Shown piece after piece: positions 14,565 through 22,349 of a stretch of 64,000 bases of DNA; the first letter of the stretch is position 1; each line of letters begins with the position of its first letter. Source of the stretch: a virus; IMG/VR virus record IMGVR_UViG_3300047476_001426, positions 64,001 through 128,000 of that record. One strand, 5' to 3'. Both the position numbers and the translations under genes were made by a program. Under the pieces are notes generated by a model that was not told the origin of the DNA, made no database searches, and worked only from the letters and a program-made list of their open reading frames with translations.

Positions 14565-16637
14565 ATGACAACAAGAAATTTAGTTGCATTTCAAAAGAAT
14601 TTGGTGTGTTCACCAAACGACGGTCAAGATAACAGAATCGCTGTAGCAACCGTACAATCCCACCTAATGCAATGGGGTTACATGTTAGACGAAGACGCTT
14701 TCTTCGCATTAGCCAAATCAGATTTATCGTTTATTCAAAACTTCAATGATGAAGTGTTGAATCATTTGAAAAATGTAATGGGAGGTAAACGTAATTACCA
14801 ACCTTTATATAAAAACTTCCCACAAGAAGTGATGGTTATGTCCGACTTCGAATTGTACATGAATGCAATCATTCATTATTGGAGTAACGGTCAATGGGAA
14901 CCATCTACCCATACTTACGAAAAAGAAATCAAGTTTGAGAAAATCAAATACAACTTGATTAAGTATGGTACTTCGGAAAGATTCTCAAAAATCTTCACTG
15001 ACTTAGTGTCAATAAACACATCGTTAACTCCTCAAGACCTTGAGATTGTTAAATGGTTTGTTGAGAGCGGTGAAACATTAGTCTTCCCTGACACAATTCC
15101 ATTCAAAGAGAATTTGTGTACATTGGCGGCAATGGGAATCTCGGGATTACCAGTTAAGACTTCAACCGATGTGTTAAGAATCGCCGTTCATCTTTCAGGT
15201 GGTGATATTAGTTTACCAAAAGTTCCTCAAAAGGAAATTAGGGCAAGTGTATGGACCACCCAAAGGATTACGAATCCTGAAAGAGAAAAGTTTAAATTCA
15301 AGAAATTCTCTCGTAAAGAGAGAAAATACATCTTGGGTTTACTGGAGAACACAAACTGTGACCCACGTGAAATGGTTTTAAGAGACCAACGTTGGGTACG
15401 TTTAGGTGAAATATTACACCCGGGTGAATATAAAAACCAATTCCCTAAGTCTTTCGAGGCCTTCAACAAAATCCGAAACGAGAAAGTTAAATCTTGGTTC
15501 GCACTTGTTAACGAAGGTTTCAATAAAGGATTAGAGAATGGTTTGAGAGTTTTGTCTCAAAGACCTGGTGAGTTCTCTCGTAGAATGGATTGGTTGGTTC
15601 GTACATATCCAAAAGATATTGAACTGATTATGAAGTTCTTCGGAGAAGCGGTAAAAGGTACATCAAACAAAGTATTGTTTGAAGTTTACACTCACTTTGA
15701 AAATCGTACTGAACCTATGGATAATAGGTCTATTATGATAAAAGGGGCGAGAAAACGTACCACATTACCATCACTACCAGCAATCCCTAAAGAGATTGTG
15801 GAAACCATCCACTCTAAATTATTCGAAACACTTAGAGATAAGTTTTCGGTAATGGAATCTTTAGGTAACTGTTGGATTGATGAGGAATTGAAAAAAATTC
15901 CTTTACCAACCAACATGAGAAGTATGAACTTCTCAACTAAACCAACAATCAGAGGTCAAAGAGTTCCACTCGATAACCCTGATGCAAAAGTTATCAGACC
16001 GTTTGTTCATTGGATGGATAAACGTGGTAGCGAAGACTTGGATTTAAGTGTTACGTTTGTTGGTGAAAAGGTGTCAGAAGTACTATCTTTCAGTAACTTG
16101 AGAGTTGGTAAATCTTGTCACTCAGGGGATGTGAGACATAGACAGGGTCCTTGTGCCGAGTACATCGACATTGATATTCAAGATGCATTGAAAAGAGGAT
16201 TCAAATATGCAGTCATTGATGTGAGAAACTTCAATGGAGGTACTTTGAGTTCACTTGAAACGTCTTTTGGTATCATGGAACGAGAACACCCTGAATCAAA
16301 CAAAACATGGTTACCTGAAACAATTTCAAATTGTCAATCATTGGAATCAGCGTCGTCAAACACATTGATTTCTATTATTGACCTTGAAACTAAGGAGTAC
16401 ATCATGTTGGATATTGATTCATCAGGTTTCGTTACCGCAAGAGGTGACTTCAAACACACTCTTAAAGTGATTCAACAATACGCTGAATTACCAAAAGTAA
16501 GTGTTTATGACCTTATTCTTCTACACGTAGAAGGTCGAGGAAAACAAGTTACCCTTGATGAAAATGTCGACGTACACTTCAAGTACGAGGACTTCTGTTA
16601 CTCTTATGAGGAAACAGGAAAATTAATGGGTGTGTAA
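14565..16637 (+). CDS. Large helical protein with C-terminal TerD-like domain (putative Ro/TROVE-like-TerD fusion)
   Basis: Start MTTRN at 14565; C-terminal DLDLS...HSGDV...AEYIDIDI is TerD-like; the Ro-like assignment of the N-terminus is inference from helical character and the adjacent RNA array. Confidence 0.55.
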   Translation: MTTRNLVAFQKNLVCSPNDGQDNRIAVATVQSHLMQWGYMLDEDAFFALAKSDLSFIQNFNDEVLNHLKNVMGGKRNYQPLYKNFPQEVMVMSDFELYMNAIIHYWSNGQWEPSTHTYEKEIKFEKIKYNLIKYGTSERFSKIFTDLVSINTSLTPQDLEIVKWFVESGETLVFPDTIPFKENLCTLAAMGISGLPVKTSTDVLRIAVHLSGGDISLPKVPQKEIRASVWTTQRITNPEREKFKFKKFSRKERKYILGLLENTNCDPREMVLRDQRWVRLGEILHPGEYKNQFPKSFEAFNKIRNEKVKSWFALVNEGFNKGLENGLRVLSQRPGEFSRRMDWLVRTYPKDIELIMKFFGEAVKGTSNKVLFEVYTHFENRTEPMDNRSIMIKGARKRTTLPSLPAIPKEIVETIHSKLFETLRDKFSVMESLGNCWIDEELKKIPLPTNMRSMNFSTKPTIRGQRVPLDNPDAKVIRPFVHWMDKRGSEDLDLSVTFVGEKVSEVLSFSNLRVGKSCHSGDVRHRQGPCAEYIDIDIQDALKRGFKYAVIDVRNFNGGTLSSLETSFGIMEREHPESNKTWLPETISNCQSLESASSNTLISIIDLETKEYIMLDIDSSGFVTARGDFKHTLKVIQQYAELPKVSVYDLILLHVEGRGKQVTLDENVDVHFKYEDFCYSYEETGKLMGV

Positions 16638-16916
16638 TATCACCCACTAAGTTCTTTGAAATTTTGTAATAGGGGTTAATCAGGCGTAAATGGTTAACAT
16701 AAAAATGTAGTGAAGCTCGTTCCCTTCCTTACTAAAAAATATTATATGTGGCTATGTGAGTCACTGAGAGGATAACGTTTACCTACTATAGAAATCACGG
16801 AGTGGTACTATTTTAGGTCTTAGAGAAGGTGAAAGTATCGGTGCAAACGTCTTACTTCTAACATACAACTATCAGATACAACGTTAGACACACAATCTCC
16901 ACATAACTTCTTAGAC

Positions 16917-17344
16917 GGCTATGTATTGGGTTACTTCTATAAAATACAATTGGATGTAAAACCACCCGTACTCTTTCCGTCAACCATTTTAATGGCTACG
17001 TATTCAGTTACTTCTATCTTTGACTTCAACTCAAAACCGATTACTGATACATTTTCCATTTACTTTAGTTCTTTGATAAAAACATTGATGGCTATTGACC
17101 TTGTTACTTCTAGCTGGTTAACTCAGGTTCGATTCCTGAATTATCCTCGAAAGAGGGTGATTTATTACAAGTCATATTTCCATCTAACTTCTTTACCGGC
17201 TATGAGTGTAGTTACTTCTATCCTTTATTATACGATTTTACTCATTCAATTTCTGGTTTTTATATGAGGGGTGTAGCTCAGTTGGTAGAGCACGTATTAC
17301 TGGTTTAATTTCTGTTAATACGGCTATAAGCTAAGTTACTTCTT
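16917..17344 (+). repeat. Five-copy GGCTAY-N7-GTTACTTCT(A/T) repeat
   Basis: Copies start at 16917, 16994, 17090, 17198, 17322, all with exactly 7 variable nt; split partial copy at 16750/16852. Confidence 0.9.
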
Positions 17345-17390
17345 AGGCTGTTAACCTCGTGGTCGTAGGTTCGAATCCTACCACCCCTCC
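17266..17390 (+). ncRNA. tRNA-mimic RNA carrying the repeat motif (YrlA-like)
   Basis: gaggggtg/cacccctc acceptor, D-arm TAGCTCAGTTGGTAGAGC, T-arm gtagg-ttcgaat-cctac; insert has cgtatta/taatacg hairpin, repeat copy 5, and agg-CTGTTAA-cct. Confidence 0.7.
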
Positions 17391-17450
17391 TAATTGTTTC
17401 ATGTGAAACAATGATAAACAACAAATTAACAACATTTTAAAACAACAAAA

Positions 17451-17897
17451 ATGGCAAAAACAACAACCGACGAAAAAGTTAAACAATTGTTTGACCTCGT
17501 ACAAGAAAAAAAATTAGCAATCGAAAAGGCGGAAAGACCTTGTTGGAAAACAAGTTGTAATTTCGGATTCTCAGCAAATTCTGCACATGACAGGACATCA
17601 ATTCCATTAGTGACTGATGTTCGTAAACTCGTAGAAATGTACGCTTTCTTAATGGAAAGACGTGATAAATCTGAAAGTGCTGCGAAAGAGCTTGGAGTTG
17701 ATTACAATTTCACTTGGTTAGGATTTACAGTAGAGGAATGGAAAGACGATTTTCAAACTCGAGTGAATCAAATTTCAGTTCAAGAAAAACGTAAAGAACT
17801 CGCCGAATTAGAATCTCGTTTGAACGCAATTATTTCACCTGAATTAAGAGCACAAATGGAATTAGAGGCAATTGAAAAATTACTCAGTTCTAAGTAA
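17451..17897 (+). CDS. Hypothetical helical protein
   Basis: 148 aa ORF directly after the RNA array. Confidence 0.8.
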   Translation: MAKTTTDEKVKQLFDLVQEKKLAIEKAERPCWKTSCNFGFSANSAHDRTSIPLVTDVRKLVEMYAFLMERRDKSESAAKELGVDYNFTWLGFTVEEWKDDFQTRVNQISVQEKRKELAELESRLNAIISPELRAQMELEAIEKLLSSK

Positions 17898-17964
17898 AAA
17901 CTTTTCTTAGTTTTAAAAAACTAAGTGGTGGAGTCGTACCGAAAAACCGGTCGTCCTATTAAGT

Positions 17965-17992
17965 AAGGGGTTGGGAAACTGACCCCTTTTTT
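17965..17992 (+). terminator. Intrinsic terminator
   Basis: aaggggttgg-GAAA-ctgacccc-tttttt. Confidence 0.75.
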
Positions 17993-18023
17993 AAATAAAA
18001 TAATTTATATATATTTACAATAT

Positions 18024-18743
18024 ATGAGAATAGTTTGTATATCCGATACCCACTCTTTACATCCGTATATGTCACACGACATACCGAATGGTGATATATT
18101 AATACATTCTGGTGATTGTACAAATATTGGTGAAGAAAATGATGTTCGCGAGTTTATTACTTGGTTCCAAAATATTCGGGGATTTAGTCATAAAATTTTT
18201 ATTGCAGGAAATCATGATTTTGCATTTGAAAGAGAACCTTCATGGTTGAATCTTTATACCGACCCAAATATTTTAACAGAACACAATGTGACATATTTGG
18301 AAGATAGTGAATTAGAGATTGTGAGTTCTGAATTTTCAAGACCAATAAAAATATACGGTAGTCCGTGGCAACCCGAATTTTACGATTGGGCTTTTAACTT
18401 ACCGAGAAATGGTGAAGTTTTGGCATCAAGATGGGCGGATATACCTGATAATACGGATATTTTAATTACCCATGGACCTCCACACGGTATTAGAGACTTT
18501 ACTCCCACAAATTTACAAGTAGGATGTGAATTACTAAGAAGTAGAGTTTTTGAAATAAGACCGTTATTACATGTTTTTGGACATATACACGGTGCTTATG
18601 GTGGTGTTGAGGTAGATGGTATTACTTTTGCAAATGCATCAATTTGTACTGAAAGATATAAACCAACAAATAAACCATTAGTTTTTGATTTAACAGAAAA
18701 TAATGGTAATTTTACAATTACATACGTAGACGAAGAAAATTAA
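18024..18743 (+). CDS. Calcineurin-like metallophosphoesterase (MPPED-like)
   Basis: SDTH, HSGDC, AGNHD, THGPP, GHIH motifs. Confidence 0.9.
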   Translation: MRIVCISDTHSLHPYMSHDIPNGDILIHSGDCTNIGEENDVREFITWFQNIRGFSHKIFIAGNHDFAFEREPSWLNLYTDPNILTEHNVTYLEDSELEIVSSEFSRPIKIYGSPWQPEFYDWAFNLPRNGEVLASRWADIPDNTDILITHGPPHGIRDFTPTNLQVGCELLRSRVFEIRPLLHVFGHIHGAYGGVEVDGITFANASICTERYKPTNKPLVFDLTENNGNFTITYVDEEN

Positions 18744-18744
18744 T

Positions 18745-18765
18745 TATCTTTGTTTCGTTCTTTGA
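18745..18765 (+). promoter_or_regulatory. Bacteroidota -7 element plus boxA-like site for tmRNA
   Basis: TATCTTTG 18745-18752; GTTCTTTGA 18757-18765. Confidence 0.6.
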
Positions 18766-18770
18766 TTTAT

Positions 18771-19167
18771 GGGGGTGTATGGAATCGATTGGCATTGATA
18801 TCCTAAATGGGCACGTAGTCGGACTTCATCTACGACTTAAATCTACGGTGGAAAAATTCAAACGGCAACGTTTACAACAACATGGAAGTAGCAGGTCTTC
18901 TTGCAACTTCTAAAGTTGCTGCCTAATCGGCAGTAACTAACGGGTCGGTGGACACATAACCTTGGAACAGAAGTCCTTACAGTGTAATACCACTTAGAGT
19001 GTTAGGAGAATGGCCTGACTGTCTCTTTAAATTATAGTCAGGAACAGGTTTGTTGTTTTTCTGTGTATGAAATCAAATATTTGTTGGTTGTGAATAACCA
19101 AATAAACGTGTAGTCCATTTATGGTATGATGAGCAAGACGCGGGTTCGAAACCCGCCACCTCCACCA
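18771..19167 (+). ncRNA. ssrA: tmRNA
   Basis: gggggtg/cacctcc acceptor with G3:U70, A73-CCA, T-arm gcggg-ttcgaaa-cccgc; tag frame 18864-18926 (A)GNVYNNMEVAGLLATSKVAA*. Confidence 0.9.
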
Positions 19168-19173
19168 AATAAG

Positions 19174-19200
19174 AAGGGGACCCTAAAGGTCCCCTTTTTT
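19174..19200. terminator. Terminator between convergent tmRNA and DUF2589 genes
   Basis: aaggggacc-ctaaa-ggtcccctttttt. Confidence 0.8.
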
Positions 19201-19687
19201 ATTGTTTTGTTGGATTAATATTTGGTTCAGACATATTTTGAATGTAACCATCTATGATTCTACTGACCGCTTCAGGTTTGTCATCTGATTTAAATTTTAC
19301 TTTAATCTTAGCCATTCCATAGTCGTCAATATTTTTACCTGAGTCAACTTTTATTCCTCTGATATTGTGTTTGTAATCTTTTTTCTTAAAAATCCCTAAA
19401 AGTGATTTTTTTAAATTTGATACATCACATGAATCATCGTCAAAAAGAAGTCTGGCGTCAAATTCGACATCCAATTCGTTTAACCCAATTGAAGAATGGT
19501 CCGCTAAAATATAATAAGGAACCACTATTTCTTTTTCCCCAACTTTAAAAGTTGTTGTTATTGGTGTACCATCTTCATTGAAATAATTTTTTAAATTATC
19601 AATGTGTTGTCTTTCACTAATACTTTGGGCAACCATAGCCGCCTCTAAAAGACCACCAATAAGTTCTTCAATATTTAATTTTGACAT
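19199..19687 (-). CDS. DUF2589-family protein
   Basis: LNIEELIGGLLEAAMVAQ...VPYYILA...ELDVEFDA pattern; adjacent paralog. Confidence 0.65.
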   Translation of the reverse strand: MSKLNIEELIGGLLEAAMVAQSISERQHIDNLKNYFNEDGTPITTTFKVGEKEIVVPYYILADHSSIGLNELDVEFDARLLFDDDSCDVSNLKKSLLGIFKKKDYKHNIRGIKVDSGKNIDDYGMAKIKVKFKSDDKPEAVSRIIDGYIQNMSEPNINPTKQ

Positions 19688-19742
19688 TATTAAAAATTAT
19701 GTTAATTAAATATAACACAATTTTTTGACAAAATCAAATACC

Positions 19743-20339
19743 TTATTTACTTGGGTCTGCCGTTAAAGGAATCAAAGATGGTTCTAACATCTGAGTAAGA
19801 TAATCAGACAACTTTAACATACCCTCAGTTGGTGGTAATTGTTCTGCGTGAACTTTAACTTCATATTTAGCTGAGTTATCTGTACTTCTTGTGTTTTCCT
19901 TATGAGTGGCAACTTTACCTGCAACAGTTGCTGAGAATTTCATACCCCACCAACTAGCAGATGCTGTCGCAGAATATGATGATTCACTATCAGAACTCTC
20001 TTGAGATGTTTCTGAAGTTTTAACTTCCATTGTAAATCCAATGTCGGCAGAAGTGATTGCTAAAGCCGGAAGTGGAACCAATGGTAACATTGGAACTTTA
20101 TTGTATAATTTTTGAATTTCTTGTTGACCTGTATCACCGTTTGTTACAACTCTATTCATTTCAACATCCAATGAACGAGCGGTAGTGTTACCGTCCTTAT
20201 CTTTTTCAAATGCAACTTCAGAGATGTATCTCCAAGTAACTTCATTTAATTTCGCTTGTCCTTTAGCCATACCGACAATTGGGGACACGATTAAGTCTTC
20301 AATAGGAAGACCCACAAATTGGTCTGCAATTCCTGCCAT
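19743..20339 (-). CDS. DUF2589-family protein
   Basis: QFVGLPIEDLIVSPIVGMAKGQ...VPMLPLVPLPALAI...FTMEV...KYEVKVHAEQ. Confidence 0.75.
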   Translation of the reverse strand: MAGIADQFVGLPIEDLIVSPIVGMAKGQAKLNEVTWRYISEVAFEKDKDGNTTARSLDVEMNRVVTNGDTGQQEIQKLYNKVPMLPLVPLPALAITSADIGFTMEVKTSETSQESSDSESSYSATASASWWGMKFSATVAGKVATHKENTRSTDNSAKYEVKVHAEQLPPTEGMLKLSDYLTQMLEPSLIPLTADPSK

Positions 20340-20399
20340 AATTTTGTTTTTTTAGTTAATTTATATAACAATAAATATCATGAGTAATGGTAAAATCGT

Positions 20400-20603
20400 T
20401 TACCCAAATTTGACCAAACCTTTATATTGTTTTTTGATTTTATCAATTTCGTTCATCGCTTCAGTGTATGTTTTTTTAATCTCTTCATTCACTGTAAAAT
20501 CTAAAATTGTTTTACAATGTGGACAAGCGGAAACAGGATGTTTAATAATAAACTCTAAAGTTAATCCGAGTGGATTTTTACACATTGGACAAGGAAGTGC
20601 CAT
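20400..20603 (-). CDS. Small zinc-ribbon protein
   Basis: CPMC...CPHC. Confidence 0.75.
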   Translation of the reverse strand: MALPCPMCKNPLGLTLEFIIKHPVSACPHCKTILDFTVNEEIKKTYTEAMNEIDKIKKQYKGLVKFG

Positions 20604-20788
20604 GATATAATATATGAATGGAGATATTATTTATCAAGGATAAATAAATGAGGGGTATATAACGAACAAAGGAGTCGATTAAGACCCCCTTGCCGAGATG
20701 TGGATACCTCCTTTCGTTTTTAGTCTGATTATCATCTCATGGCGACCAAACCATTTGACTCTAATTATAAATATCTCGTAATCTTAAA

Positions 20789-21739
20789 TTATACGTATCT
20801 TTTGGCTAAAGTTTTTAACAAACCTATACCAATAACACCTGAAAGTGGGTTGAATCCTGAACCTTGTTCTTGTGATTCAATTTGACTTAAATCTTGGGGA
20901 TTTGTATTCTGAGCAATGTATTGACTGACTTGAGGGTCATTAGCCAACGCGGTTCTAAATTGTTCATTGTTCATCATATCATCTAATTGATTCATACTTA
21001 AATCAGGTAACCCGAACATTTTAGCAACTTCACTCGAAGCAACTATCGACCTAAACATGTCTCGTCTTGATTGTCTACCCGCTCTTGTTACATTCCACCA
21101 TTTACTCAACCAATTGCTTGGTTCCATACCTTTTTTTGCAACATATTGAGCCAATTTTTCATCTCTAAAAAAAGATTTCATTCCTGTTGCAACTGGTCCC
21201 TTACCTGTTAACATTTTAAGGTACCCTGCAGGTTGTTGACTTGCAATTTCTTTACCAATTCTCTGTGTTAACTGTACGGGTCTTAATTTTGATGCGGTTT
21301 GTTTTAATGAACCAATACCATCTGACATTTTTTGTGCCCATGACTTATTAATACCACCAACCGCATTGATGGTTTGTTTTACACCGGCATCATCAAAGTG
21401 TTTTGACATCTTTAAAAATTGTTCTTTTGCACTTGGATTTTGCATCAAATATTTTACTAAATCATCACTACTTCTCATTGCGGTTTTTCCAGCAACACCA
21501 GCACCTTTTAATACTCTGATAAATGGTTTTACAATGAAATCACCAACTGTTGGTATTAAAGCGATTAACATAAGTCCTGCGTAGATATACTCTTTTTTGT
21601 AGATATATCTAATGATTAGAATTATATCGGCGATTTCACCGATAATAGGGACAAAACCTGCAACCATTAAAATATTTTCAAGAGTGTCCTCCTTCAATAC
21701 TTGTCTATTTTCTAATATTTGTTTTTTAGTAAGTTTCAT
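20789..21739 (-). CDS. Probable virion protein with pre-toxin-TG-like hydrophobic hairpin
   Basis: AGFVPIIGEIAD...ALIPTVGD; N-terminal QILENRQVLKE. Confidence 0.55.
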   Translation of the reverse strand: MKLTKKQILENRQVLKEDTLENILMVAGFVPIIGEIADIILIIRYIYKKEYIYAGLMLIALIPTVGDFIVKPFIRVLKGAGVAGKTAMRSSDDLVKYLMQNPSAKEQFLKMSKHFDDAGVKQTINAVGGINKSWAQKMSDGIGSLKQTASKLRPVQLTQRIGKEIASQQPAGYLKMLTGKGPVATGMKSFFRDEKLAQYVAKKGMEPSNWLSKWWNVTRAGRQSRRDMFRSIVASSEVAKMFGLPDLSMNQLDDMMNNEQFRTALANDPQVSQYIAQNTNPQDLSQIESQEQGSGFNPLSGVIGIGLLKTLAKRYV

Positions 21740-22338
21740 TAGTGAATAAATTTACAAAGTTTGTCTGCAATGGTCTCTCCCATGTTGGAATCTCTAATTA
21801 CTTCCCCGAACATGTTACCCGCGTATCCCGAAGCAATACCACCTAAGTCAAGACCATAATTATTTCTATCAACACCAATGGTACTACCAGCAATGTATCT
21901 TGATAACGCTTCTAAAACACTATCAATCATTTTTGGCATATGAGTTGAGCAATTTGACATGTCCTTGAATGGTAATAATATATCTCTCACATCGTAATCA
22001 GCGAACACTACCGATATTGTCGTTATTATTCCCTGATTTTTCCCACCAAAAACATATGTTAATAATACATTAATCACATATTCTTTAATTTGAGAACCAC
22101 CAGCACTTAATAAATTACCACTAATATCTACATTCGAAAGAGGATTCTCAACTCCCTGAATCGCAGATTCAACTTCTTCAATTGAATAACCTTCATTCAA
22201 AAGATTTGATGTGATGAAAAAATAACGTTCAAGAAAATACTCTTTATCTCTGATGTCATTTAACTCATCATACGAAGAATGTAATTTTCTTTCTCTTTCC
22301 TCAAGTAAAGTTTCGTTTATGTATTTTCTTAATTCCAT
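21739..22338 (-). CDS. Hypothetical protein (probable virion)
   Basis: 199 aa; N-terminal YINETLLEE. Confidence 0.75.
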   Translation of the reverse strand: MELRKYINETLLEERERKLHSSYDELNDIRDKEYFLERYFFITSNLLNEGYSIEEVESAIQGVENPLSNVDISGNLLSAGGSQIKEYVINVLLTYVFGGKNQGIITTISVVFADYDVRDILLPFKDMSNCSTHMPKMIDSVLEALSRYIAGSTIGVDRNNYGLDLGGIASGYAGNMFGEVIRDSNMGETIADKLCKFIH

Positions 22339-22349
22339 TGTTAATTATT

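Noticed and set aside
17019-17035. Opal/Sec tRNA suggested by tttga-CTTCAAC-tcaaa
   Set aside because: Only an anticodon-like hairpin inside repeat unit 2; no D, T or acceptor arms
16926-17267. 113-aa ORF across the repeat array
   Set aside because: TTG start, low-information hydrophobic translation; conserved pairing and boxA sites indicate RNA function
16917-17344. CRISPR array interpretation of the five repeats
   Set aside because: Repeats contain a variable 7-nt core, spacing grows from 77 to 124 nt, the spacers base-pair with the repeats, and no cas genes are nearby
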